Source: Centroscyllium fabricii (taxonomy: Eukaryota). From it: a stretch of 64,000 nucleotides of DNA. Position numbers and translations under genes: made by a program. The stretch lies in assembly GCA_051313645.2 (NCBI GenBank), contig JBNRSN020000010.1, forward strand, positions 9,858,001-9,922,000, given 5' to 3'. Positions 35,680-49,705 of the stretch are shown here, one piece after another. Position 1 is the first letter of the stretch. Each line of letters opens with the position of its first letter. The notes beneath the pieces were generated by a model that was not told where the DNA came from, searched no databases, and worked only from the letters and a program-made list of their open reading frames with translations.

Positions 35680-38600
35680 TAAACTCACACTAAATGTGAC
35701 TGTGCCACTACTTTCGCAGTATTTCCCCTACACTTGCATTAGATGCAACCGTGTCTCTCCTCGCCCGGTGCTGCCCTGACAGTTGCAGCAGATGTGACCA
35801 CGTCGCTCTTGTGCAGTGCTACGCATACACATACAGGAAATCTGACCGCGACCCTCCTGTACCAGTGATACCACTACACTTGCAAGAGATGTGACTGTAC
35901 CACAATTGCCATAGTGCTACGCATCTACTGACGCTAGATATGACAATGACCCTCCTGTCGCATTGTTAGTCCTACACTTGCACTAGATGGAACTATGCCT
36001 CTCCTTACCCTGTGTTACCGCTACTCTTAAACTAGATCTGAGCGGAATCTTGCAGTTCCAGTGCGACCCCAACATTTACACTAGATGCGACCGATGCTCC
36101 CCAGTCCAGAAACAGCCCAGATACAGATAGGAAATGTGAAAGTGCCCCTCATATCCCTGTGTTACCCCTATATTGACACAAGTTGTAACCGTTTCTCTCA
36201 TTTCCTTTTGTTATCTACTATTACACTAGATGTGTCTGTGCCCCTACTGTCCCAGTGTCACGCATACACGTGCAATAGTTGTGACCTTGTAACTTCTGTT
36301 CCAGCTACCCTACACGGAAATTAAATGCGATGGTACCTCTCCTCTTTCAGCGATTGCCCAATACTGATACTAAATGTGCCCATGCCCCTCCTGTCCCCGT
36401 GCTACCTCTACTATTACAATAGATGTTCCTGCGCCCCTCGTGTCCCAGTGTTACGCAGACACTCGTAGTAGATGTGATCTTGACCCTCCTGGCCCAGTTT
36501 CCGCTACACTGAAACTATATGTGATTGTACCACTCCAGTGCCAGCACTCCCTGACAACTGATACTACATGTGTCCATGGCCCTCCTGTCCCAGTGCTACC
36601 CATGCACTTAGATTCCATGTGACAGTGACCTCCTGCCTCTCTGTTAGTTCTATAATATAAGGATATGTGTGTATGCCCCTCCTATCTCAGCTTACCCTCA
36701 ACAATTACACTACAATTTGACCGTGCCATTCCTGTCCCTGTTTTACCCCTACATTTTCACGAGAAGTGTCCGTGCCCGTACGGTTCAAGCGCTAGCCCTA
36801 CACTGACACAAGGTGTGAGCGTGGCCCTCCTGTCCCAGTGTTACTCCTACGATTGCACTAGATGTGACTGAGGCCCTTCAGTTTCAGTGTTACCTCTACA
36901 CTGACACTAGATGTGAGGCTGCCCATGCTGCCCTAATTTTAACTTTAAACATACACTAGATGTGACCATGAGCCTCCTGTCGCAGGGCTAAATCTACAGT
37001 TACATTAGATGTGATGTTGACCCTCCTGTCTCAGCTACGCTTACAGTGAAACTAGCTGTGTCTGTATCGCTACTGTGAAGCGCTTCCGCTAAACTGATAA
37101 TTAATGTGTCCGTGCCCCTCCTGTCCCAGTGCTTACCCCACCCTTACACTAGATGTTAACATGCCCCTCCTTTTGCTGATTTAGCCATACACTGACAACA
37201 GAACTGAGAGTGTCACTCGTGTTCCATTGTTACCCCCACAATTACTCTATATGTGACCATACCCCTCCTTTTGCTGCTTTAGCCATACACTGACAACAAA
37301 CGCGAGAGTGTCACTCATGTCCAAATGTTACCCCCACACTTTCACTAGAGGTGACTGTGCCCCTCCTGTACCAGTGTTATCCCTACACAGAAAGTTGATG
37401 AGGCCGTGTACCCACCCCCGCCCCCTCTTTCTGTTTCACCTACACTGACACTGGTTGGGATTGTGTACCTCCTGTCGCAGTGGTGCACTACACTGACAGT
37501 AGAGTTTCTAAGCCCATCCTGTTCCAGTGCTACGGCTGCACATACACTAATGAAATGTAGTGGTCACACAGAGTCAGGAGGCATATGCCTCCTGCCTCTG
37601 TGTGACCCCTACATTTCCTTAGCTCTGACCGTGTCCCTATTGTCCCAGTGGCACCCCTACACTTACACGAAATGTGATCACGGCTGTCCTGCCCCAGTGC
37701 TATTCCTACATTTGCGCTAGATGTGACCAAGGCCCTAAAATCACAGAGCTGCCATTCACAGACACTAACTATGACAGTGCCACAGCTGGCCCTGTGTTAA
37801 CCCTACAATGACACTACATGTGACTGTGTCTCTCCTGTCCCAGATTTACCCCTACGTTTACACTAGACGTGATCTTGCCCCTCCAGCCCATATGCTACTC
37901 CGAAACGTATACTAGATGTCATGGTACCACTCCTCTCCCAGCGATTCCCCTATTCTGACACTAGATGATACCGTGCCCCTCATTTTCACACTGCAGCCCC
38001 TACACGTACACAATATGTGATCGTACCCCTCCTTTAACAGTGTTAGCCTTGCTCTTAAACAAAATCTGACCGAGCCCCTTCTGTCATAATGTTACACATA
38101 CACGCACACTTGATTTGACCTTGCCCCTCCTGTCCCAGTGTTAACTCTGCACTTACATTAGATGTGACCATGGCTCTCCTGTCCCAGTGTACCCCTACAC
38201 CTTCTTTAGATGTGAGCATAACCCTGCAGTTCTCGTGTTGATACTACACTCACAGAAGGTGTGTGAGTGCCCCCCTTTCCCAGGTTTCCCTCGACTCTGT
38301 ATCTACATGTGACGGTACCCCTCCTGTCACAGTGTTATCCGTATACTGTCATTATATATGTCCGTCCCCCTCCTTTCACATTGCTACCCCTAAACTTTCA
38401 ATAGATGTGATCGTGCCCCTCCTGTCCAAGAGTATACCCTACACTTACACTAGCTCTGACCGTGCCCCCTGTCCCAGAGTTGCCACTACATGTACAGCAG
38501 ATTAAACCGTACCCACAAGTCCCATTGTTACGATTAGAATGACTCCAGATGTGACCGTGTCCCTCCTGTCCCAGATTTACCTATTCACTGACACTAGTTG

Positions 38601-38825
38601 TGACTATGCCTCTCTGGTACCAGTGCTAGCCCTACACTGAAGCTGGATGTGACAGTTCCCTTCCTGTCCCGGTGCTACACCATAACTTACACTAGATGTG
38701 ACCATGCCCCGCTGGCACCAGTGTCAGTCCTACACTGACACTAGATGTGACAATTCCCTTCCTCTCCCAGTGTTAGCCCATAACTACCACTAGATGTGAC
38801 TGTGCCCCTCCTGTGCCATTGTGAC
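35680..38825 (+). repeat. 49-bp satellite array (consensus ~CACTAGATGTGACCGTGCCCCTCCTGTCCCAGTGTTACCCCTACACTGA)
   Basis: ACTAGATGTG at 38691, 38740, 38789 (period 49); diverged monomers throughout. Confidence 0.95.
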
Positions 38826-38829
38826 TGTG

Positions 38830-39059
38830 TCCCATTGCTGACTGACATCACCTGAGCTTCACAAGCGCTCTGAGGTAGCGCCTTGTTCCTCGCCCTTTAC
38901 CCCTTAAGACAGGTGTAAAGCACCCGATTAACCACTGCAATCATCTGCACGGGCGATAACAGCCAATTTTGAACGGATGCGATAATTAACACCAGGCGCT
39001 AAACATTGTGCATGGCTGATAATCGCGCCCCAAATCAGGCAATACTGAAGTTTTCCCTC
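38830..39059. mobile_element. Right end (TIR region) of a Harbinger-like element
   Basis: Reverse complement GAGGGAAAACTTCAGTATTGCCTGATTTGGGGCGCGAT aligns with the start of 45320; followed by ATT. Confidence 0.55.
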
Positions 39060-39746
39060 ATTATAACTTGTAGTAATACTTATCAGCTTTGGCTGTCTTT
39101 CAGAAACGAGGACGACCTGCCTCCACATTAAGAATGTTTTCGCAGGTGACTGATTTGTCCAATGCCGGACCTGCAGTCTCAGTTCCTTTTAAGAATACTT
39201 TGTAAACTGGTCCTTAAGATAGAGCAACTGTCTTGATTCTTGCTTGTGACGATTGGAGATTTAATTACTGCCTCCAAAAAGGGGAAATGTCGAATCGCTT
39301 AGAATCGAACATCTCACATATAGATTCTTACACACACACACAATCTGATTACGTTAGGAAAGTGTAGTGAAAGAAAGTAATTTGTAGCTATCTGTTGGCG
39401 ATGTTTGTGTCTTTGTTGATACGGAATAATGAGAAGGATATATTTGATAGGTTGGCCACTAACCGAAACATGAGGCCCATGCAGGGGGAGACCAAATCAA
39501 ACACCTCCACACCCAGATAGCCAGAAACGACATACATGGGTCAAGATCAAGTATTTCATGCTGCATCATCTTTCGACGTCACTGTGTGTACAGACTTGAG
39601 GTGCTGCACGTGAAGCAACCAACCAGTGATTTGCATGATGCAGATGCCTGAAGAACGGTTCCACGACATGGCCAATCAAGCTGACATCTCCAGTACATGG
39701 ATATGTAAATGTAGCTCTTATTATTGAGAATTTATATTAAAGAATG

Positions 39747-40557
39747 TGTCTGGAATTTTCCTCTAGCGGGAGCAGGCCTGTAATCTGGAAATATCTGCGC
39801 CTTTATCCGAGGGCTTCCGCTCCTGGGCCTCACCAATCTCGAAGTGTGCAGTGCCTACCTATCCCAAGGTCCCAGCGTCCCTGGGACCACGTGGCCAGTG
39901 CGGTGCAACCACAGAAGTGAATCTCCCTTCATACATTTGACAGGTAGACCTGCCAAATATACGAATGGAGCTCTACGAAAAATCCTACATAAACGTTAAA
40001 TATTTTTCTTTAAATTGTATTTTTTTAATTGGCCTGAAATTTCAATAAAGTATTTAAATGAATTATTTTTTTGAAAAAATATATAATGATTTTTATGGGG
40101 GTAAAAATAAACTTACCAGTTTTGACAAAGTGTCCAGACACTAAACGTTGACTGTATTTCTCTCTTCGCGGAACTTGACTGGCCTCATGATTTTTTCCAG
40201 AATTATCAGTTGTTATTACCTTTTAGTAAAGTATTTTGAAATGATAAATCAGTGAAAACATTTTATTTTTATTTTTTTCAACTCGTATCCTGATGAAAGT
40301 GGTGCGTACGCCTGGTCATACCAGGCGTAAGAATGGTAAGGACAATGTGCCGGTGGAATGTCTCCAAAAAGCGGAACTATCCACGCGCAGAGGCCCTTCT
40401 CCAGTGCAGCCGGAGGATCTTTCAAAACCATTCTTCACTGATTGGAAATAGCGGTATTCAGGGCATGCGCTGTCCATGTCTGAAACCAGCATTTCCGATA
40501 TCACTGGAGATGGGAACACAGCGCGTACCCACCCATAGGTATCGGAATATCTGCACC
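39747..40557. mobile_element. Degenerate Harbinger-type MITE
   Basis: GC-rich arms around an AT-rich core, with gaccacgtgg and aacttacc motifs as in family B; imperfect ends gtctggaattttcc / ggaatatctgcacc. Confidence 0.4.
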
Positions 40558-41449
40558 AAGAGACAGAGATCTGCGTCACAGAGTAGGTCGAGATAAATAT
40601 ATGGTGCGGATGAGATGTTGTTTTTTGACTGCCGTGAGTGCTGTAATGCGCACAGAGGGGCACTGTAAGGAATTGATTAATCAGACTGTGCTGAAGTCTG
40701 TTAATGTTATATTGCATTGCTTTCTCTTTATAATTGTTTAATGTTAAACTTCAGCCTTTTCGCATTAAGCAGCAATTTGCAAGATTACTTAATATTACGC
40801 TGGGCTGATGGGCCAGGCCTAACCCTGCAGCAATGATCAATATAAGGTCGACGCAAGCTTATATTTAATTTAAGAGATTTCATCCCAAACTGATTAATAT
40901 ATACTTAAGAGAACAATACTCATTTGATAATGCGTGGGATGGTTTTGTTCTGCAAATGAAATATCTGGACATATATCTTTATTTTTGCTTGACATCAATA
41001 ATACAGAATAAAGCATGACTTATCACTAGACGTTTAACTTGGTATAACTGCAATTCGATGGAGCCAGAGCGAAACTAATAATCAGGTAATGAACTAAGGT
41101 TATGATAAGCGTTAGCCCAATAGAAAAAAAACAGCACGTTCAGTAAAGAAACCTCTTAATTGATCAAGGCAAAGTTAATTGTTTAAATTTCCCCAATGAT
41201 CGAAGGCTCTGCCAATCCGGCAGGCAGTCAGATTGTGGGGGAAGTGATTGTGAATTGCGTGTAGTATTTTTGTAACGGGGGAATCATATTTAACTGGATT
41301 CCGATGCCAACTGGAGCTGAGGCAGGAGCAAGGCACATGTTTTAATTTTCTTAGTCAGCGATGTACCTGCATCCAGCTACAATCGCGAGATGGCGATCGG
41401 TAATCAACCACATCATTTAATATCCAGATGGAAACAGAAATATTTGGCA

Positions 41450-41945
41450 CAAACCAGTTAGCCATTACTTTACTGTGTCAAATTAACTCCCGTATTGTTG
41501 TGATTCCGCACGCCTTGTTCCTAATTAAGTAATTGTGTTACCATGAGAATTTCCATTACTACCTAAACAGTTACTGTGTTTCGGGGAGATTCCGTGCCCA
41601 CTATTTGTTAAGAAACAGGAACCGTGTTCCCCTGTCACCTACTTATATTTGCATGGTTATTAAGCTTCATGGGCCCCAATTTCCAAATAAACCTGTACTC
41701 CCAATTTTCCCTGCTCCCGATTTCAAATTAAACAGTTAATCTGCTACACTAATCCTCCTATTTCTAAATAAATGGTTACTGTGTTACACTAAAGTATCTT
41801 TTATTCTATTTCTAATTGAAGAGTTAATGTGTTCCACTAAATTTGCCAGTCCTCTATTTCTAATGAAACAGTTGCTGTATTCCACTAAATTCAGCAGAAT
41901 TGTATTTGAAAATAACAGCTACTGTATTACCGAGGATTCCCCAAA
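41450..41945 (+). repeat. Degenerate ~48-bp AT-rich minisatellite (AAACAGTTACTGTGTTCCACTAAAT...CTATTTCTAAT)
   Basis: Motif recurs at 41775, 41823, 41871 and 41918. Confidence 0.7.
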
Positions 41946-41989
41946 GTTGCCCCTCTCGCGCTGTGTCGTTTGCGATCTAATATTGTTAA

Positions 41990-43510
41990 CGTGATACTCT
42001 CCACACTATTCCAACTAAATGCCATAAAATGGCTGACTACTCAACTTCTGTTCCTGGACCCCATGCTTGCTGAAGCTACGAACGGTCATCTCTGTTCTGA
42101 AACTACGCGTCTCCCTTTGAAATATGCTGCCTCACGCACCACCTAAGACATGCAGCTTGACCGTTCTATCTTTGCAATATATCAAGCCATCTGCAACCAC
42201 CTACTCCTCCCCAAAGTCCTTGAACGTACAGTTGGCTCCCACGTCCGTGAACATCTTTCCACAACTCCAATTTTGCATCGCTTCGATTCTTTTTCTGCCT
42301 TTTCCAACGGACTAAAACGCCCTTTATCAAAATTCACAAACACCATCCTTTGTGATTGTGATCCTGGTAAAATATCATGTCTCATTATTGCTGTCCTTGA
42401 CAAGGTTGGCCTCACCATGGTCCCAAATCTTCTCCTCTATTTCCTGCGTTTACCTGGTTCCACACTTTTCTATGCGGTAAGCGCCAGATTGTAGCCTGCA
42501 ATGCTTTTAGCTGTGTGCTCTCGCACTATTTCCTCTGGTGATCCCCAAAGTTTATACTATTTCATCCTCAGATTCCTCATCTACATATTGCACCTTGCGA
42601 TCTCATCACGGAACACAACGTCAGACTCCACATGCTGCCGACATGCTCTTGTACCCTACACCGTCTCTGTGTTTACAAACCACGTGTCTGACCTGCAGTC
42701 GTGGATGAGCATTCAATAAAACATTTGGCAGACTGAATCCATTGTCAAAGTCCCCTGCGACAAATTCCTTTCTCTATACACCGATGAAATTTTGCTCCAT
42801 GGCTAATCGCTCAGGCTGAACCAAGGTGATCTCACACTCGGCGCCCCAGCTGAGCTGCTGACCCCAGATCGACACAATTTGAAAGACTGTGTATCATCAA
42901 CCAGCTCCGCCCCTTCGGCTGCCAGAGAGCTCCATGATTTTCCACCTCCAAACTTGCCTATCCAATGCCATCCTCTCCAGCCTCCCATCTCACACGCTCT
43001 GTAAACTTATGTTCCCCAACACGCTGCAGCCTAAAAACTAACATGATGCAACAAGACCCATTGACACATAATAATTATCTGGGTCAAGTTCTTTAGCTGT
43101 CGCTCCAGCAACGTTTCCATTGAGAAACCGGCACCCACGTTTCCAAATCGCTCAATTGCCTCGCCTTCCCAATCTCTGTAGCATTATCCAACATAAAAGT
43201 TATATGTACTGTCATCATTGGTCGAACTGGAGCCACTTGTGCAGCTGTCAATTTATTTTCACCCCCTATCGGCGGCTGTGCCTTCAGCTTCAAAGGCCCA
43301 AAATCTGGAGAGCACTGCCTTCACCTTTCCAGATATCTCACTTTCTTCAAAAAGCTCCTTAAAACGGAAGTATTTGTCCAAACCTTTCGTCATCTATCCT
43401 AATGTCTCATTATTTGGCTCGGTATCCTGTTTATTCTTATTATGATAACGTGACGCAGTTTGGGGCATTTTGCTAAGTTAGTTGCATTATATAATGAACG
43501 ACATTGTTGT
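41990..43510 (+). mobile_element. Old L2-clade LINE (RT region and 3' end), degenerate
   Basis: LDRSIFAIYQAICNHLLLPKVLERTVGSHVREHL resembles the L2 motif LDP...NYRPISNLPFLSKVLERVV; C-rich composition; ttcagcttcaaaggcccaaaatctggagagcactgcct ~ FS..GP..WxxLP. Confidence 0.7.
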
Positions 43511-45319
43511 AATGAACACTCCATCTTTGCCAGTCCACTTTCCCACATGTAGCTATATGCCGCATTTGTAAGTAACAGTGAGATTGGATTGCAGCGATCA
43601 ATCTCTTTTAATGACCAGTTCATCCTGGCCAGCTCCGTCACCCACATGTACCTAGGTGGAACTATCCATTTACAATGATCCAGGTGTATGGGTTGCACTG
43701 AATCAATTAATTGACCTGCATCGCTGAGCATCACAGCCTACTCGTTCGGCACGACGAAAGGAATCCAATCGCTAATCACAGCTCGTTTACCTGTAATTAG
43801 CAGTGGGGCAGATATTATCATAGCTCAGTGACTATTCTCAGCTAATGGACGCTCAACTGCTTACTGCAGAGTTCACAATGTCGGGCCTAAAACATTCTGT
43901 GCTGTAGACAAGACGGAAAATAGCAGCAACTAAAGGGGTGCTGATAACGATAAAAGCAAGAGGGAGGGATGTCACTCCTCTTTTTAATATCCCACAGGGT
44001 AGATTATCTACTTTGCTGTTACACAATACATTCCTGGTTGACTACCAGAACAGTGATAGCCTTGCCCATGAATTGGAATTTGATAGGGTGTATCCAGATG
44101 TAAACAACACTCCACATTTGGATGAGGCCAGCTCCAAATCGTGGTGTTTTGCTGAATATCCGCCTGTTCCATAGAAAAAGCGCATGTGCTTCATCAGCCA
44201 GGTAGAAAGAATGAGGTAACACTGTAACCCCCCTGGTGCTTAGAAAACCAAGAGCCCCCCTGATATTGGTCAATGGCATGTCGTGATGCAACATTTCTAA
44301 TTCAAGCACGAGAAATAGTCCATTGGCAGTGGATCCATAAATCACATCGCAAAGCCTCATAGAATGTACTGCAGTCCAAATAATAAAATGAAATGGGCAC
44401 TGAGGAGGACGCCGTCGGGCTGGGAGGATGTGGTGAGCAGGCAAAATAAAGGGTGAAAACTAACAATCTCACAATATATAGCTGGGTAGAAGTGGATATC
44501 AGACGGCAGTGCCAACCTTTGTAAAGTACAGAGGACCAATGGCATGGAAAGTCTTCATGGGCGGGTGAGCCGGCATAGCGCTGCAGAGTAATGGATCGCC
44601 TGGGCAATGGGCAGAAAGGAAAATGATTGGAGGGCACACTGGCCCAGTTTTCCTTTTCCAGGCCGCATCGTCCTCGCCTTGTTTTGCTCTGTGTTCTCGT
44701 TGTAGTCGCTAATTTACTACCGAGTGCGTAATGACAAATATCAGGAGTCTGGAATTAATGCCCTGTCTTATAAACATGATGAGTGCAGTGCGACCTACTG
44801 GAAATTACTCCCATCTGAGTGACCAATCCATGTCTCCGGCAGAGCTTTCGCCGATGTCCTTAAATAAATAGCCAGGGGTGGCAATATACCCATTTACCGC
44901 CCGATATTGAGTTGCAGCATCTGGTTGGGCGGATCATGAGATTTGATGAAGAAATCGCTGCCGCAATGGGATGGGAATTGTAGTCTTCAGTTTGTGAAAC
45001 TATCTGGATCACAGCAGTGACTGAGGATGCCTGTTCATCATACACTGAACACTCAATTTCGCAAAACAGTTCAGCTTGTTCTGACTGTGTGAAATAAAAC
45101 CTTGGACTACCCAGGTTCATTTTCCTGCGGGCATTAGACCCGCGGAGGGCACAATCCAAGCCCAGTGGTAGGTGGTTGACCTTGGCAGTGAGGGTCACTT
45201 CAACAATCACTGCTTGGCTACTGCAACGTGGAAAGGTTCAGTGATCTCTACGGCGCAGCCAAGTTAAGATGAATATGTTTCCCATGTAACAGTGCACTAT
45301 AATAACCATAGAGTCATAT

Positions 45320-45868
45320 GGGGAAACGTTGGCTATCGCCACGTTTGGGGCGCGATATTCGGCGCAGCGCTAAATTTAGCACCTGGCTAAATTTAGCGCT
45401 ACCAACAGCAAACTTGGATTTTTTTGCGCTTGAACGTGATTGCAGCGCTACAGCAGGTGGTAAACAGCTGTCCAATGGCGAAAAGGCTGAGAACTGAGGC
45501 ACGACCTCATAGCATCGGCGCAGCTCTGGTGCTGTCAGCTACCGACTGAACAAATACACTGGCGTCGGACAGCTCATAAAGGTGGTGGGTCGACCTCGCT
45601 CTGAACCACACCCTGCTCATTGGAGCCTTGAAATTCGGCCTGGATGGACATGTGACTCCCTCTTTCATCCATGGAGAGGGCCGGGGAGCGAGCGCAGCCC
45701 TTCACTGAGCGGGACTTGGAGGTTTTTGTTGACGCATTGGAGCGCAGAAGATCCATTCTGTTTCCAGAGAGTGGCAGGACACATGTGCCTCGCGAATACT
45801 GAAGTATGTGGAGGGAGGGGGCTCATCTCGTCACCTCGAGGATCATTGTCCCCGGGACACATATCCAA
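45320..45868 (+). mobile_element. Left end of an autonomous-type Harbinger element with the start of a Myb/SANT-like ORF, truncated at the duplication breakpoint
   Basis: TIR-like GGGGAAACGTTGG...TTTGGGGCGCGAT; 45671-45840 reads MERAGERAQPFTERDLEVFVDALERRRSILFPESG...*SMWREGAHLVTS, resembling NAIF1/MSANTD-type Myb/SANT domains of Harbinger. Confidence 0.6.
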
Positions 45869-48423
45869 TGGAGTAAACAGACCAGATGATCTATTTTTGT
45901 GATGTTGATCAAGGAATGCATATGGGCAGGACTCTGTGGAAAATGACCATGGTCTTCTTTGAAGTAGTGCTGTGTGATATTTTATGTTCTTCTGACAGAG
46001 CAGCCGTGGCCTCGGTTTGACGACCCATCCGAAAGACGGCACATCCAACAGTGCATCACAAAATCAGTACAGCACTGAGGTGTCAGCATAGATTTTGTGT
46101 TATAGTAGGTGGAGCGGAGCTTTCATCCACTGCCATTTGATGCAGATGCCAGAGTGCCACCACAGAGCCACTGCTTAAATCCTTATTAAAATAGTAGCTT
46201 CAAGTGGGAATTGGATATATGTTTCCAAAAGCGATGTTGTTGGCCAACAGCAGCGGGTCTGGACTAATTATATTCCTAGTTCAAAGAGACGAGAGAGGCC
46301 CCGAAGGTCGGCAAAATTCCTTATGGGTCATTAATTGTATATTTATACGCCTCCTTAACTGCCCGAGACCTGAAGCCAATAAGGAAAATAGAATAACATC
46401 TCAGGAGGCGATTACATAATTTTCCAATAATCCACCCGTATGCGTGTGGAGCTCCGGCAGTGTTGCAGATCCAGGAGATCCGAACGCTTGATTAGACAAG
46501 CAGGAAGTTGTTAAGAAGCAGCTGGTGGGAGGGAAACTAAAATATATTTATCCACTTAAAAGAGAATAGGAGGCATCGTGGGCCAACGTTAATATGTCAG
46601 TTGCATTATTAGTGATTAAGAAAAAGCTTTTTTTTAAATTACTCAACAAATATGGCAGGTGGATCCTATGACCAGCAAAGGCAGATTGGAATATGAAATA
46701 AATAAAGTAGTTCACATGTGACTCATTGAATGCTTGTATGAGAGACAGCGATCAAGGCATTATTTTGAAAGTTACAGTGATCAAACTCATAAAAAGAGAT
46801 TCTTGAATCCAGAGATGCAGACCCTGCAAGATGAAGGAATGGCGATTGGCTGGACGAACGCTTCACTGACACTGCCGCAATTTTCCTCAATTTGAAAAGA
46901 TTCTTGAGGTTCCGGCATTGCCTGAAATAATCCCAGTGTTTAAAATAAGGCCAGAAGATATCCAATTGTTGAGCTCTTTTGAGAGAAGCAATGAAAAATG
47001 GGATGCTATGGGCTAAGGGGCGATTTTTAATCTTTAACTAACCTGCTCGAATTTCTGAAGCAAATCAGTGGCCTGTAGGGCTGGGGAAATTCAGCTGCAA
47101 TGACCCTAGTCGGATTTTAATGGAGCACAGAACAAGGGTCCACATGAACAAACGGTGAGAAATTATGGGATGAGTGGGAGATCTGGCACTGTACAGAGCG
47201 CTAATTGCAAAACCAATGCAGGTTATCGACAAATGGGAAGCGGTAAGGGATGGGTGACTGTTGGACATCTGTGATCCTCCTTGGTATCAGTTTATTTATA
47301 ATATTTTGTTCAAGACAAGCTCAATGGGGCTGATGGTATCTTACACACAAGAACAGTGAAAATCAGACCGGCACATGCAACACTATAGGAACATGGAAAT
47401 GTACTGGGGGTGAGTATGTTATTTGAGCAATTCTATTTCTACTGGATTCTTTGAGACAGCATTGAAAACCTATCCGCATTGTCCTCCTCTCTCCATAGAA
47501 AATGATTTTCTCTTTTTTAGAAATATGCACCTAACTTTGCCTTAGATATCATCTGAGGCATGGCATTCCATGGTCTATCAAACCTTTGCTTTAGGAGATT
47601 TCTTATAACCGCTCTGCTCAGTCTTTTTGTGTCCATTTTAAGGCGATCGTCCATTATTACTAGCTTCCTTACTAGATGGAATAATCTCTCGCTCTTCACT
47701 CTGAAGAAAGTACAGACCATTTTTAGAACCTATAATAAATATCCACTTAGCTTTCGCTGCTCCAGTGTAAATAGTCCCAATACCTCGACCCTCATCATTA
47801 GTATAGTTCTGATCAATGGCACAATCCACGTGTATCTACACTGCACGCTCTCCTTTGATTTAATTTTATTTCCTCAATGATTGATCGAAACTGTACCATT
47901 TGTTGTAATGCTGGCCTTAATAGCATCGTGTAACGATTCACCATATTTTTTTTGTGATCAATGTCCCTGTCTATAAAACAGTAATTGAAGTTGATCTGCT
48001 CGTGAACTTTCTAGCAATTGAGTACTTGGTTGCCTATCAATCGCTCTTCATCCACACTCTTCAGCTCCTTCGCATTGAGATTCTGCTCCCATTCCTTGGC
48101 GTTTCTCGCACAATCAGCCGATATCACAGAGGAAAATATTCTAACTCATTCAAAGTTGCTGGTATTTTTCAATTATTATTTGGAAAATTGTGTAACAGCA
48201 TAATAAAACGATAATTACCAAAGATTATTTCTGAAAGTCTGCAAGTGTCCAGCCAAACACAGAATACTGGATATTATTTATGATTTATCTAAATTTATGG
48301 CAATGTGTTTAACAGATCACTTGCAACAATTGTAATAACAAATATATTTACCAAATATCATTCCGTATACCATCTTTTACACTTTTGGGGGTGGAATAGT
48401 TGTTGCAGAATATCAATAATAAT

Positions 48424-49182
48424 GGCCCAGAAATTGAATTGGAGGCTTGCCGCGAGTGTAAGCATCCAAAGACCACTAACGGAGTGCACATGCCTTTTTG
48501 AATTTTCCTTACCTGAAATCCGGATTCGCTGGCCTGCTGAAAGGCCGGCGTGCTGCGCTTGGGCAAATGAAAGGCGAACATAGTGGAAAACTTCCCGCAG
48601 GATCACGTGGTCCGCTGGAGCCAGTCACAGCAAATAATACTACATTCATAACTTTGACAGACAGATCTGTCAACGTTATGAAATACTAGAGCCCCAAAAA
48701 CATATTAAATATTAAAATTTGTTTTTATAAAATACAACAATTTTAATCTTACTATCACTAACATAAATTAGCTACTTTAAACAAAAAATAAACATCTTAA
48801 AAATATATTTTTAGTTTTTAAATGGGCTACCAAACGACATAAATGTTTAAATTATTTAAAAATAACAAACCTGTCAAAAAATATTTCAATTGAATAAAAT
48901 AGACACTCACCAGATGACAAGTTGTCATTGCGGCTGATATTTTCATCCGTAACTTTCCCGATACTTACCCTGATTAAAAAACCTGTAAAAAAAACTGTGA
49001 TTTCACTGCGCACCTCCTGGTGTGCAGGCCAACGCGCTCCGGTACCTGACCCCTCCAGACCCGGCATTTGAAGTACTGGTTCTCTGCGCATGCTCGGTCC
49101 ACGCACTGAACCAAGGCGTCTGAGGGCCGCACGCGTGAGTACACCGTCCGTACTCGCGCGTTGCGGCCCTAATTTCTGGGCC
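48424..49182. mobile_element. Harbinger-type MITE, family B (copy B)
   Basis: Perfect 12-bp TIRs GGCCCAGAAATT / AATTTCTGGGCC; TSD AAT at 48421-48423 and 49183-49185. Confidence 0.85.
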
Positions 49183-49705
49183 AATTCTCATGATATCTTT
49201 ATCTGCAGCACTAAACACGAGCAGAGTCCATCTTTGTACAGGTTGAGAGACACCAGTCAGCGCACAAGCGTGATTTTAAGTCAGTATCTGGGACACACGT
49301 TTTGAAAGGTCACATCGATGAGCCGAGATATGACTCTTTCCTGCATTGGAAAACTGAAGAAGTGATAAGCGCACGCTCCATTTGTCAACGTGGAATGGTG
49401 CCGATAGAGAAGCAGACGCCTGCAAAATTCACACCAAATACCAGGAAATTACCAATATCCGTTATCGCAAAACCTTTATTGATGATTTGAAAGTGACGCG
49501 CCCGATTGCAGTATCTGCCCACATGTCCACCACTGAATTACATCATTGTTATCATTGAGCTTTGAACTTGAAATGTGCTAAATTTGCAACAATAGGGTAT
49601 ATTTACTGAATCGCATAAGCATGAAAAATTATACATTGGAGACTCCAAATGCACGCTGCAAAATGGATAAAAAGTTCACACGAGTTCTCTCCCATTTTTG
49701 ACATT

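Larger units (their letters stand above)
25485..37260 (+). repeat. Segmental duplication, copy A (paralogous to 45868-53480 and 62460-64000)
   Basis: Continuous colinear similarity across SINE, CR1 relics, MITEs, GPCR gene, promoter and satellite monomers, interrupted by copy-specific insertions. Confidence 0.93.

Noticed and set aside
35680-38825. CRISPR-like array or Cys/Pro-rich ORFs in the satellite (also 53.5-64 kb)
   Set aside because: Whole monomers are homologous with no unique spacers, the 49-bp period breaks frame, and no cas genes are present.
40288-40330. CTGATGA followed by a hairpin, as a possible hammerhead
   Set aside because: No GAAA in the required position after stem II and no stem I.
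40760-40860. Minus-strand ACVDLILII, as a possible fourth GPCR fragment
   Set aside because: Flanking translation shows no other receptor motif.
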